From Squalus acanthias (taxonomy: Eukaryota): DNA of 64,000 nucleotides. Shown piece after piece: positions 11,801-24,742 of the stretch (its first letter is position 1; each line of letters begins with the position of its first letter). The position numbers were made by a program, and so were the translations under genes. The stretch covers positions 166,100,001-166,164,000 of the forward strand of contig CM059425.1 of NCBI GenBank assembly GCA_030390025.1. The letters run 5' to 3'. The notes beneath the pieces are model-generated. The model was given only the letters and a program-made list of their open reading frames with translations. It had not been told where the DNA came from and did not search any database.

Positions 11801-14800
11801 ATTTGAAAGTTCCTCACCATTTAAAAAATATTCTGTTTTTCTATTCTTCCTACCAAAGTGAATAACCTCACATTTCCCTACATTATACTCTATCTGCCCA
11901 CTCACTTAGTCTATCTATATCCCTTTGCAGACTCTGTGTTCTCCTCACAGCCTACTTACTGTCCCACCTAGCTTTGTATCATCAGCAAACTTGGGTACAT
12001 TACACTCGGTCCCTTCATCTAGGTCATTAATATAGATTGTAAATAGCTGAGGCCCCAACACTGATCCTTGCGGCACCCCACTAGTTACAGCCTGCCAACC
12101 TGAAAAAGATCCGTTTATCTCTACTCTCTCTTTTCTGTCCATTAACTAATCCTCTATCCATGCTACTATATTACCCCCAACCCCATGAACCCTAATCTTG
12201 TGCAATAACCTTTTATGTGGCACCTTATCGAATGCCTTTTGGAAATCCAAATATACTACATCCACTGGTTCCCCTTTATCTACCCTGCTAGTTACATCCT
12301 CAAAAAACTCTCAAATTTGTCAAACACGATTTCCCTTTCATAAAACCATGTTGGCTCTGCCTAATCAGGTTATGATTTTCTAAGTGCCCTGATACCACTT
12401 CCTTAACAATGGATTCCAGCATTTTCCCTACAACTGATGTCAGGCTAACTGGCCTGTAGTTCCCTGTTTTTTCTCTCCCTCCTTTCTTCAATAGCGGTGT
12501 TACATTTGCGACCTTCCAATCCGCTGGGACCATTCTAGAATCTAAGGAATTTTGGAAGATCAAAACCAATGCATCCACCATCTCTTCAGCCACCTCTTTT
12601 AGAACCTTAGGATGTAGGCCGTCAGGTCCAGGGGATTTATCGGCTTTTAGTCCCATTAGTTTCTCTAGTACCTTTTCTCTACTTGTATTAATTACGTTAA
12701 GTTCCTCACCCTCATTAGACCCTTGGTTCCCCACCATTTTTGGACTGCTTTTGGTGTCTTCTACTGTGAAGATAGATACAAAATATTTGTTTAACGTTTC
12801 TGCCATTTCCTTATTCCCCATAATAATTTCTCCTGTCTCAGCCACCAAGGGACCAATGTTTACTTTTGCTACTCTTCCTTTTTACATACTTGTAGAAGCT
12901 CTTATAATCCTTGCTAGTTTTCTCTCATTCTATTTTTTCCCCTTATCAATTTTTTGCTCATCCTTTGCTGGTTTCAGAAACTCTCCCAATCCTCAGGCTT
13001 ACTATTATTCTTTGCAACATCAGCTTCTTCTTTCAATCTAATGCTATCCTTAACTTCTTTAGTTAGCCACGGTTGGATCACTTTTCCCATTGAGTTTTTA
13101 TTTCTCAATGGAATGTATTTTTGTTGCGAATTATGAAATATTCCTTCAAATGCTAGCCACTGCTTATCTACCACCATACATTTTAATCTATTTTTCCAAA
13201 TCTACCTTAGCCAACTTGCCCCTCATACCTATGTAATTGGCTTTATTTAAGTTTAAGACTCTAGTTTCAGACTTAGGCAAGTCACTCTCAAAATGAATGT
13301 GAAATTCTATCATATTATGATCGCTCTGCCCCAGAGGATCCTTTACTATGAGATTGTTAATTAACCCTGTCTCATTACACAATACAAGATCTAAAATAGC
13401 CTGTTCCCTGGTTGGTTCCATGACGTATTGTTCTAGGAAACTGTCCCGAATGCATTCCATGAACTCGTCCTCAAGACTACCTTTGCCAATTTGATTTGTT
13501 CAGTCTATATGAAGATTAAAGTCCCCCACAATTATTGCATTACCTTTGTTGCAAGCTCCTACTATTTCTCGATTAATATTCTGTCCAACTGTATAGCTAG
13601 TTAGGGGGCCTATATACTACTCCTACCAGTGTTTTCTGCCCCTTGTTATTCCTTATCTCCACCCATACTGATTCTACTTCCTGATCTTCCAAGCCGAGAT
13701 CCTTTCTCTCTGCTGTCCTTATGTCATCCTTTATTATCAGGGCTACTCCCCCTCCTTTTCCATTCTGCCTGTTTTTTCAAAACCTCAAATACCCTGGAAC
13801 ATTTAGTTCCCAGCCTTGGCCACCTTGCAACCACGTCTCTGTAATGGCTATTAGATCAAACCCATTTATCTCTTTGTGCCACTAGTTCGTCTATCTTGTT
13901 ACGAATGCTTCGTGCATTCAGATAAAGTGCTTTTAATTTAAAGTTTTTACCATTATTCCCTGCTTTGACCTTTTTCTCTGCTGCACTATTACCATTAAAC
14001 TCTGTCCCTTCCCGTCACACTGCTTATTTTTACCCAAAATCGCTACACTGCTCTATTGCCTTGACCTTTCTCTTTAGATTTCTAAATTTCCCCTCACCTG
14101 ACCACCCCCTCCTTTTTTAGTTTAAAGCCCTATCTACAGTCCTAGTTATTCGATTCGCCAGGACGCTGGTCCCAGCCCGGTTTAAGTGGAGCCCAGCCTG
14201 ATGGAACACCTCCCTCTTTCCCCAGTACCGGTGCCCCATAAATTGACACCCCTTCTTCCCACACCATCTTTGAGCCATGCATTTAACTCTCTAATTTGCT
14301 TGACCCTATGCCAATTTGCGTGTGGCTCAGGTAGTAATCCAGAGATTATTACCCTTGAGGTTCTGCTTATTAATTTAGACCCAAGCTCCTCAAACTCCCT
14401 CAGCAGAACCTCATTCTTAGTTCTACCTGTCATTGGTTCCTACATGGACCACGACAACTGGATCCTTCCCCTCAAAGTTCTTCTCCAGCCGCGAGGAGAT
14501 ATCCTTAACCCTGGCACCGGGCAGGCAACACAGCCTTCGGGACTCTCGTTCGTGGCTGCAGTGAACAGTATCTATCCCTCTGACTATACGGTCCCCTACC
14601 ACTACCACACTCCTTCCTGCTCCCCCACTTGGATGGCCCCCTGTACCACGGTGCCGTGGTCAGTTTGACCATCCTCCCTGCAGTCCTTTTCCCCATCAAT
14701 ACAGGTAGCAAGTAACTCGTACCTGTTGGACAAGGTCCAGGGCTGAGGCTCCATCATCACTACATCCTGGGTCCCCATACCTTCCTGACTCAGAGTCACA

Positions 14801-15839
14801 CCCGCCTGTCCCTGACCACTGAATAACTCTAAAGTACTACTTAACCTAAAGGGTGTGACTGCCTCCCGGAACAAAGTGTCCAGGTAACACTCCCCCTCCC
14901 TGATGCACCATGTCTGCAGCTCGCACTCCAGCTCAACAATTCTGAGCCAAAGTTCGAGTTGCAGACACTTACTTATTCCAAAAGTAATTCATTGTCAAAA
15001 TATTTCAAAGCACTTCACACAATGTCATTAAGCTAAATTCATTGGTCTCAGTACAACAAACTAGGGCTAATGTTACACGCTGTATTCAGTGGAATATTAC
15101 TGAATCTTCTTGCAATTCACCATACAATGGGGTCTTGAATCAGGCAGACCACATGTCACAGAAAATCTGATGGCAATTCAATGCAGCCACCAGTTGAGTA
15201 GCATCGATGAGTATACTATTATAGTCAGCACTTCTCTGAAATGTTCTCTTTGATTGCTCGGAGCTCCAAGCGTTTTGCTCTACAGGCTCTTCTGCTTCCC
15301 TGTATCCTCAGTGCTTTAAAATCAGGGCTCATTGCACTATTTCTACACCAACTCATTCTTTTCCAGCAATTCAAACCGCTCAGTATTTCCTTCTTCTTAC
15401 AATCTTCAGGCTTCTGAAACCCAGGCTTGGCATCATCAAATGGAAACAACTTGCAAAATGCCATCCAGTATTTCAAGCAAAAGCTATCTCAATGCCTCTG
15501 TCTAATACCCAGTTTACACCTACACCTTGCTTAAATCTGCCACCTGAGCATCACTGTAAAGTCACAATTTTACACTCCAAACGGGTCCCAACAGTGAAAT
15601 AAATATAAATTCTATCTGCATATGCAACAGGTACATGCAATGAGATACATCAATGCTCCCTGATACAATAAACTAAACAAGTTTATTCCATCTACCAATG
15701 AAAATATATTTACTGAGCATATAGGTGTGATTGCCTCACCAGATTTTACTGTATGGTATGACAATTAAAGGTATTGACTATATCTTAGCTTGAAGTACAA
15801 CTTTCATTTGTATTGTGTACAAAGATACATCTAAGTAAT

Positions 15840-16370
15840 TTATAGGGTGGTGGATAGCAAGTGGACAGCAGGCCAGGGAGAGAGGGGAAGGTTTTAAGAA
15901 GATTCTTGAAGGCAGAGAGGGAACTGCAAGCTGGAGTTACCGAGGGAGAAAGTTCCAATGAGTGGGATAAGGTGGCTGCCGAAGGTGGAGCACAGGGGTC
16001 ATGGAACAAGAAGTAGGTTGGTGTTGGAGGGCAGAGGGTGCAGGCATACAGGGACAAAGAGGAAATCATGGAAGCTGTGGCGCAATTTGAAAGTGAGGAA
16101 AATATCCTTTAAGTCAATTCTTCGGGGCACAGAAAGCCAATGGCGTTTGGCGAGGACAGGAGTGATACAAATACAAGCCTTAATGCAGTGGAGAACACTT
16201 GCAGTTTATGAACGGTAGACGCAAAGAGGCTGACAAGATGAACACTGTAGAAATCCAGCTGTGAGGCTATAAAATCATGGAGTAGGATTTTGGATGTAAG
16301 CAGAAGGAGTTGGGTGGCGCAGACAACGTTACGTCAATGAAAGAAAGCAGTCAAATTGCTCCACAGCTTC
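15840..16370 (-). mobile_element. L2 remnant (appears to continue at about 20590-20830 after the CR1 insertion)
   Basis: Reverse complement of the L2 3' region (purine-rich; SLSAFKNLLKT on minus). Confidence 0.65.
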
Positions 16371-16389
16371 CATGGTTTCCAAAAAAACA

Positions 16390-19300
16390 AGGAGTGACGT
16401 CACAGGACAGCAGGTAGGTGATTGGTTGGTTGGTGAGTATTAAAGTTTTTTTTTCTTTTCTCTCTAACCTAGGACATTAGTTTAAACTGGGTGCAGGAAA
16501 CTACAAAGTGCTGTATTAAATTTATAGCTTAACTAGTTAAAATTAATATAACTATAAATAATCGTTGAATAAAGACTTCTAACTAATTAAATAAATAAAA
16601 TATGCCTAGACTAAGATATGGCAGGGTAGGTTGTGTGTCTGGACTGCAGTTTGTGGACAGCGAGACTGTCCCGAGCGAACACATCTGCAGGAGATGTCTC
16701 CATCTCGAATCTCCCCGGCTCAGCGTCATTGAGTTGGAGACACTCCGACACATAATGGAGGGGGAGGAATTTCTGGATAGTTTTAACCAGAATACAGTTA
16801 CACCCCAGAGGAAAGCACAGATTCAGGAAGGGGAGGGCGTGACTGCGAGGGAGCCGGGTAGCGGAGATTTAGGAAAGGTTGAGAAGGAGGTCCCGCTGGT
16901 CCTGTCCAACAGGTATGATGTACTGTACTTGCTACCTGTGAGGACAAGGAGAAAGACTGCAGGAAGGACAACCACAATGCAGACCAAAGCACCGTGGCTC
17001 AGAAGGCTGTCCGGGGGGGGGGGGGAAGAGAGAAAGAGAGAGAATAGAAATGTGGTAGTGATAGGGGACTCTATAATTAGGGGGATAGACAGCATCCTCT
17101 GCAGCCAAGAACGAGAATCCCGGTGCCAGGGTAAGGGATATCTCACGGCAGCTGGAGAGGAACTTGGAAAGGGAGGGGTTAAATCCAGTTGTCGTGGTCC
17201 ATGTTGGAACAAACGACATAGGTAGGAACAGGGAGGAGGTCCTGCTGAAAGAGTATCAGGAGTTAGGCTCTAAATTAAAAAGCAGGACCTCAAGGGTAAT
17301 AATCTCGGGATTATTGCCCGAGCCACATGCAAACTGACAAAGAAGCAGACAGATCAGAACAATTAACACGTGGCTGAAGGGCTGGTGTGGGAAAGAGGAG
17401 TTCCTTTTCATGGGGCACTGGCACCAGTTCTGGGACAGGAAGGAGCTGTACTGATGGGACGGGCTCCACCTGAACCGGGATGGGACCGGTGTCCTAGCGG
17501 AAAGGGTAAATAGGGAGGTGGCAAAAGCTTTAAACTAGGAAGATGGGGAGAGAGATCTACAAGAAACGTAACCAACCTAATTATAAACAAAACAGGAAAA
17601 GAGAGCATGGGAAAGAATAAAGTAAGGGAGGACATTCATGGCAAGGGAATAAAGAGTTATAGAACAGAAATCTAAAAAGATGGTTAAACATAAAGTGAGA
17701 GGAAATCCTATTAAAAATGAGTTAAACTGTCTGTACAGCAATGCACACAATGTCTGTAATAAAACAGGGGAGCTGGAGGCAATCATACGTTGCGAGGAAC
17801 CAGACATAATATGGATTACTGAGAAATGGCTACAGAAAAATCAGGACTGGGAATTAAACATTGCAGGGTATAACATATTTAGAAAAGATAGGGAGGGAAA
17901 AAGGGGAGGTGGGTTAGCTGTACTTATTAAGGATAACATAATGGCAGTAGAAAAAAGTGACGCAGATATCAGCATGACAAAAATAGAATCCATATGGATA
18001 GTGATAAAAGATAATAAAGGATCAATCACACTAATAGGTGTAGTCTACAGACCACCTAATAGTGCAAGGGAGGTGGAGGAAGAAATATACAGACAAATTA
18101 GGGAAATGAGTAACAAACATAGAATAATCATCATGGGGGATTTCAACTACCCCGATATTAATTGGACAGAAGAGGTAGGTAAAGGGGATAAGGGAATGGA
18201 GTTCCTACAATGTATCCAGGACTCCTTTCTAACCCAATATGTAAAAAGCCCAACAAGGGAGGATTCGCTATTGGTTCTAGTAATGGGGATTGAAACAGAG
18301 CAGATAAGAGAAGTAAAGGTAGGGGAACATATAGGCAATAGTGACAATATAATATGCTTTATGATAATTGAGAAGGACATAAGTATGACAAAAACCAGGG
18401 TAATAGATTGAAGAAAAGCTGATTTTGAGGGGCTGAGAATAGAGCTTGGGAAACAAAAATGGGCAACAATATTGGCAAACAACGATGTAAACAGCAATGG
18501 GAAACATTTAAGACGGTGTTCAACAGAGTGCAGAAAAAATATATTCCACTATAAGGAAAGAACAAACTAAACAATAATGAGACTCCATGGATGAATAAAG
18601 CCATAAGGGAACAATTGAGGGTAAAGAAAAAGGCATACATTAAGTACATAGACAGCAGGAGAATGCATGATGAGAGAATACAAAAAGATTAGGAGAGAAG
18701 TCAAAAAACAATTAGGGAGGCAAAGAGGAACTATGAAATTAAATTATCAAGGAACATAAAACAAAATAGTAAAATATTTTTTATAGGCACATCAATTAAA
18801 AAAAGGTTGGGATGGGAATAGGCCATTAAGGGACAGTCAGGACAATACCACAGGTAACGATAGAGAGATGGCAGAAATATTAAATAATTATTTTGCTTCA
18901 GTATTTACCAGGGAGATAGAACAGGTGGACAGGACATTGGATGATGAGATTAGTAATGAGATAAGTGCATTTACAATAAAAAAGGGGTTACATTAAATAA
19001 ATTAATCAAACTCAGGATAAAATCCCTGGTCTGGATGGATTGCATCCACGCATTTTAAAAGAATCTAGGGAAGAGATAGCAGAGGCATTACTACGCATAT
19101 TTAATAATTCGTCAGAAAAAGGTATAGTGCCACAGGACTGGCGGATAGCTAATGTAATACCGATATTTAAGAAGGGGGATAGAACATGTCCAGGGAATTA
19201 TAGACCAGTCAGCTTAACATCGGTGGTAGGAAAGATATGGAATCCCTACTAAAGGAGAAAATGGAACATCTAGAAACCAAAAATATAATAATGAATAGCC

Positions 19301-20590
19301 AACATGAATTTCAAAAGGGAAAGTGTTGCTTGACCAACCTTATGGAATTTTTTGAAGAGAGTAGATAATGGTAATGCAGTAGATGTAATTTATCTGGATT
19401 TTCAAAAGGCCTTCGATAAGGTACCCCATAATAGACTGATAAACAAGGTCAGAGATTGCGGAGTCAGGGAACAAGTAGCAGAATGGATTGCTGGCTGGCT
19501 TCAGGACAGAAGAGAGAGAGATGGGGTAAAAGGTAGTTATTCACAGTGGCAGAAGGTGGGTAGTGTTCCACAAGGATCAGTGCTGGGACCACTGTTGTTC
19601 ACAATTTACATTAACGATTTAGACTTTGGAATCAAAAACACAATTTCTAAATTTGCGGGTGACACCAAATTGGGGGGGGGGGGGGGATTGTTAATATCGA
19701 GGAGGACTGCAACAAATTACAGGAGGACATTAATAAACTTGCAGAATGGGCATATAATTGGCAAATGAAGTTCAACACAGATAAATGTGAGGTATTACAT
19801 TTTGGTAGGAAGAATAGGGAGGTCACTTATTACCTGGAGGGTGCGAGTCTCGGTGGGGTAGAGGTACAAAGGGATCTAGGAGTACAAATGCACAAATCAC
19901 TAAAAGTTGCGCCACAGGTTAGCAAGGCCATAAAAAAGCAAACCAAGCACTAGGGTTTATTTCTAGAAGGCATAGATAGAATTGAAAAGTAGGGAAGTTA
20001 TGCTAAACCTGTATCGAACCTTGGTTAGACCCCACTTAGAGTACTGTGTACAGTTCTGGTCGCCATATTATAAAAAGGATATAGAGGCACTAGAGAGGGT
20101 GCAGAGAAGATTTACAAGGATGATACCAGAAATGCGAGGGTACACATATCAGGAAAGGATGAACAGGCTGGGTCTCTTTTCTCTTGGAAAAAAGGCTGAG
20201 GGGTGACCTAATAGAGGTCTTTAAAATTATGAAAGGTTTTGATACAGTGGATACAGAGAATGTTTCCACTTGTGGGGAAGAGCATAACTAGAGGCCAGCA
20301 ATATAATATAGTCACCAAGAAATCCAATAGGGAATTCAGAAGAAACTTCCTTATCCAAAGAGTGGTGGGAATGTGGAACTCGCTACCACAGGGAGTGGTT
20401 AAAGCGAAAAGTATAGATGCATTTAAGGGGAGGCTAGACAAGCATATAAGGGAGAAGGGAATAGAGGATAAAGCTAATAGATTTAGATGAGGAAAGACGG
20501 GAGGAGGCTCGAGTGGAGCATAAACGCCGGCATGGACTGGTTGGGCCAAATGGCCTGTTTCTGTGCCGTATATCCTATGTAATCCTATGT
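16390..20590 (+). mobile_element. Full-length (about 4.2 kb) CR1 LINE, disrupted, antisense to CHD1
   Basis: 5' UTR, then ORF1 (ICRRC, VIGDSIIRG, VHVGTND), endonuclease (YSNAHNV, RGGG, YRPP, MGDFNYP) and RT ([28 protein letters not shown]). Tail cctatgtaatcctatgt. Confidence 0.95.
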
Positions 20591-21695
20591 CCTAGTCACA
20601 GACAGATGAAGAGGCTGAGATCAGGTTCAAGCAACATACCCAGGTTCTGCATCTCTTGGCGAAGCTTGCGTCACAGTTGGGGAGGGAGATGCAGTCAAAG
20701 CTGGAGGCGTACAAATGCTCGCAGGAACTGAAGAGGATGGCTTCAGTTTTGTGAAAGCAAGCTGGAGGAAGTTTTGGGTCATCTAGGTTTTAATGTCAGA
20801 TAGACAGTAGGGGACGGCGGCAACAGACAAATATACAAGTCTGGGTGGGGTTGACTCTCTCCCACTTCGTGTGCATAGCATATGTTTAATTAAGGCTATT
20901 AACTTTCATGTAGCTAGCCAAACTTTCAAACTGTGCTTGTAATTGTTGTAAAAACATTTGTGTTATAGAAGTCCAAGTTTCTGGTTTTTTTTTAATGCAT
21001 TTGAAGCGCACAGTATCTTTGCTTTTGCTCACTGCCGAGTACTATAAAGCTTGAAAAGTCAAGAAACTTTCAGCCATCAGCTCCTTCAGTGATGAGGATG
21101 CTACTCACTCCAACTAATACCAATGCACTTTCCTTTTGTTATGAACTTTACAATCTCTTTTCATTTTTACAATTTTATGGATTATCTCATCTGAGGAATC
21201 CTTTATTTAAGCCTAGGAGCTGATGGCATCATTGAAAATATAAATGACTTCTAAACTAGCTGTTCTCAGAGCACAGGCATGAAGTGGTTTTTTTTTTAAA
21301 AAAATGAGAATTTCTGATTTGCAAGTCAGAAATTCCCAACGCCAGATCTTTAATAAGCTTTATTGTTAATAAGTCAGCTGCTGCCATATTATTTTTCAAG
21401 TTATCAAGATTCACACACTGAGCAGACTGCTCCAATTCTAGGCAAGTGTATTTTTAAGAACTTATGAGGATGACTTGTACCTACTTTACTGCACTTTTTT
21501 AATGCGAAAGTACTGAACATAAAAGCAGATTAATGTAAAAATTTCAGAAAGCCAAAGTTGAGAAGGCAAAAGTGTAATGGGAAAAAGGGAAAATACAAAG
21601 TATTAACACAATGAACAGTGTAAAGTCGGAGTTAATAAGTTGCATTAGTGCAAATGTTGCTTTTGCAATTTTTTTTGTCAGCCAGCCATAATAGC

Positions 21696-21904
21696 CATGA
21701 TGCGGAGATGCCGGTGTTGGACTGGGGTGGACAAAAGTGAGAAGTCGCACAACACCAGGTTATAGTCCAACAGCTTTATTTGAAATCACAAGCTTTCGGA
21801 GCGCTGCTCCTTCGTCATCTGACGAAGGAGCAGCGCTCCGAAAGCTTGTGATTTCAAATAAAGCTGTTGGACTATAACCTGGTGTTGTGCGACTTCTCAC
21901 TTTT
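21696..21904. mobile_element. Penelope-like fold-back element: perfect 85-bp palindrome with hammerhead core
   Basis: Arms 21733-21817 and 21820-21904 are exact reverse complements. Perfect 12-bp TSD AGCCATAATAGC at 21684-21695 and 21905-21916. Confidence 0.9.
21815..21851 (+). ncRNA. Minimal hammerhead ribozyme motif
   Basis: UCAU-CUGACGA-A-GGAGC-AGC-GCUCC-GAAA-GC-UU-GUGA gives stem I UCAU/GUGA, stem II GGAGC/GCUCC and palindromic AAGCUU at stem III. Confidence 0.7.
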
Positions 21905-24317
21905 AGCCATAATAGCAGTATCGAAGTCTCACCTGCAAGTTTGTTGATCATAAAAACCTGCATAAGATGCAACCTCTACAATGTTTATATCTGCCACCAG
22001 AAAATAACCCTTAATACGACAGAGCAAGTAATGTGATTCCCTATACCTTCAGTTTTTAAGAACAATATCAGATTATCCCCTTTTTCACCTATGTTATTTT
22101 GCCTACATGATTTCACCTCTACTGCACTCAGTGCACCTATACAACAAAAGTCAAAATAAGTGCTTAAAAAATTTAAACATATCATGCATTACTAGCAAGT
22201 GCCTTGCAAAGAGTTTAAAACAGTATTTCAATCTCAGGGTTCTGCAGATCTTCACAAGAAATACAACACCAAAACTGATTCTTACTTGTGTGGTTCTTGA
22301 TCATTTCCAATATACTGTTAGCTTTTATAGTTAATTGCTAATTCCAATATCTTTTAAAAAATGCTGCATGAGCATCTAGCAAGAAATAGGACTGAATGTT
22401 ATGAGGCATACAAGTGATTAGTTAATGGAACACTTTATGGTATGTTATTCAGTATATAAAAAGAATATTTAAGGAAGTTTGTTTGGGATTTTCAGGAAGT
22501 CATTCCTGGTTTAAAATGCCTTCAAGAAATTTTGGATTGGGTTTAGATGGAGTCGATGACAGTATACTGTTGCATGGTAAATTGGAGGGAATGGGCTCAA
22601 TAGGCCAAATTTTTTCCTGTTTCATGATTTCTTATGCTCTTATTTAAACAGTAATAATTTAACTACACAAAACACTACCATGGTGACTAGCGGTAGCAGT
22701 TTAGAAGGCAATAGTTTGGTTTCTGGCATAGAATGCAATAATGAAAGGGCAATACCGAAAACATACATGTAAGGGAGTACAAAATAAGATGCAATTATAG
22801 ACAGATAGGTTTAGCAAAAGTATGTTATTTTGTTTTCTCCTCTCCTCCCTTCCCCACCCACCTCAGCTTCCCTGTACTGTGCCCATTTCCCAACTGAGAG
22901 GGCAATCCAGCCACTGTAAGATAAGCAAGGGCAAACTGCAGTAACTTGCTCACCTAGAAATCGTCCATTTGGAGATAGATGTTCTTCTTGCAGATATAGG
23001 TGAAAGTAAGGCATTACCACATAAGGGATCAGAGACTCAAAGCCACATCCTACCACTAGCTGCTGAAAACTTTGATTATCAGACAACCTGGTTTATTTTT
23101 CTGTGTTACAGAATGCATCAGAAGTTAGTGAAATGTGTGTATCCCAATAAGGGCATTTGTTTTATTCTATTTGTAAGCATGTGTTAGAGAATGGGTAATT
23201 GCAATATATTATGACCATTGTTTGATCAATATGGGAGTGACCTTTCATTCCTAAAAAAGTGGCCAACAGTGCAAAAGGTGCTAGCCTGACATTTAAAGCT
23301 ATTTAACCTCCTTAACAGTGCAGATTACCACATCTGCTTTTTAACACACAAGTTTGGTACACAATATGAAATGACCATAAGCCAAATAAAAATAGGACAG
23401 AAGTTTCTCATCTAAGCTGACAAGTTTAACTAAAAGTTTACAGGCAAAGCATACCATAATGTCCAGTTCCTGAATATATTTCCTGGGTTACTCAATAGGA
23501 AACATTAAGTTAAGTCTAAAGAGAAATCCTTCACAGTTAATGTATTACTCATAACAACCTGCACAACTACTTCAAGATTATTCATAGAATCACGGAATGC
23601 CACAGCACAAAAGGAAGCCATTCAGCTCATCGTGTCTGTGCCAGTTCCTTGGTAAAGCTATCCAATTAGTCCCATTCCACTGATCTTTCCCCATAGCCCT
23701 GTAATTTTTTTCCCTTCAAGTAGTTATCTAATTCTCTTTTGAAAGTTATTATTGAATCTGCTTCCACCACCCTTTCAGGTAGTGCATTCCAGATCATAAC
23801 TCGCTGTGTAAAAAAGTTTACTCACGTCGCCTCTGGTTCTTTTGAAAATCATCTTAAATCTGTCTCCTCTGGTTACTGACCCTTCTGCCACTGGAAACAG
23901 TTTCTCCTTATTTACACTATCAAAACCATTCATGATTTTGAACACCTCTATCAAATCTCCTCTTAACCTTCTCTGCTCTAAGGAGAACAACCTCAGCTTC
24001 TCTAGTTTCTTCACATAACTGAAGTTCCTCATCCCTGGTACCATTCCAGTAAATCTCTTCTGCACCCTCTCCAAAACCTTGACATCCTTCCTAAAATGTG
24101 GTGCCCAGAATTGAACACAATACTCTAGCTGAGGGCTAACCAGTGTTTTATAAAGGTTCAGCATAACTTCCTTGCTTTTGCACTCAATTCCTGTATGAAT
24201 AAATCCAAGGATCCCATATGCTTTCTTAATAGCCTTGTCCTGCCACCTTCAAAGATTTGTGTACATATACCCCCAGGTTTCTGTGTTCCTGCACTCCCTT
24301 TAAAATCGTACCATTTA

Positions 24318-24742
24318 CAGGAAACTTTCGTTTATCCGGCACCCAAATATCCGGAATTCTCGCTTAACCGGCAAAAATCATCCTCCGAAAACTCCTCTCA
24401 AATAACCGGCAATGTTGCCGAGTCGCAGTCGAGTCTTCGCGAACGCCGAGTGCTCCGAAAAATCCTCTCAAATAACCGGCAATGTTGCCGATCCCGAGTC
24501 CGAGTCAGAGTCCGAGAACGCCGATTTAGTCAGTAGGGGTACTTTTCAAAAGTGCCACTACTCGGCCTCCTGGCGCTGTCGCAAGTCCGAAACATTGCAG
24601 TAGCAGGAGTAGATTCTCCTGTGCTGCTTGGAGTCTCTTTGTTAAAAATAGCCTCGGTAGATATAACTCTCTGTTATCCGGTACTTTCGATAAACCGGCA
24701 CCACGCCGGTCCCGTCGATGCCGGATAAACGAAAGTTTCCTG
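24318..24742. mobile_element. Tc1/mariner-superfamily (pogo/Tigger-like) MITE, 425 bp
   Basis: Perfect 24-bp TIR CAGGAAACTTTCGTTTATCCGGCA, TA duplication at 24316-24317 and 24743-24744. The host CR1 rejoins cleanly across it. Confidence 0.93.

Larger units (their letters stand above)
10841..14972 (-). mobile_element. Near full-length CR1 LINE (ORF1 esterase, ORF2 endonuclease + RT), disrupted
   Basis: ORF1: VVVGDRIVRG, CCLPGARVKD, VHVGTND (SGNH-esterase type). ORF2: ILDLVL...[32 protein letters not shown]. Tail aagaacata at 10841. Many frameshifts. Confidence 0.95.

Noticed and set aside
15225..15476. 83-aa minus ORF with faint resemblance to hAT TTF-type zinc fingers
   Set aside because: Similarity too weak, with no TIRs or further transposase sequence. 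Needs an HMM search.
16390..20590. Active autonomous CR1 (also 10841-14972 and 35620-39855)
   Set aside because: All three have multiple stops or frameshifts in both ORFs. This copy also reads FAGD instead of FADD.
24412..24603. DPESESESE-like stretch as possible CHD1 exon 3
   Set aside because: It is on the wrong strand for CHD1 and lies inside the TIR-bounded MITE.
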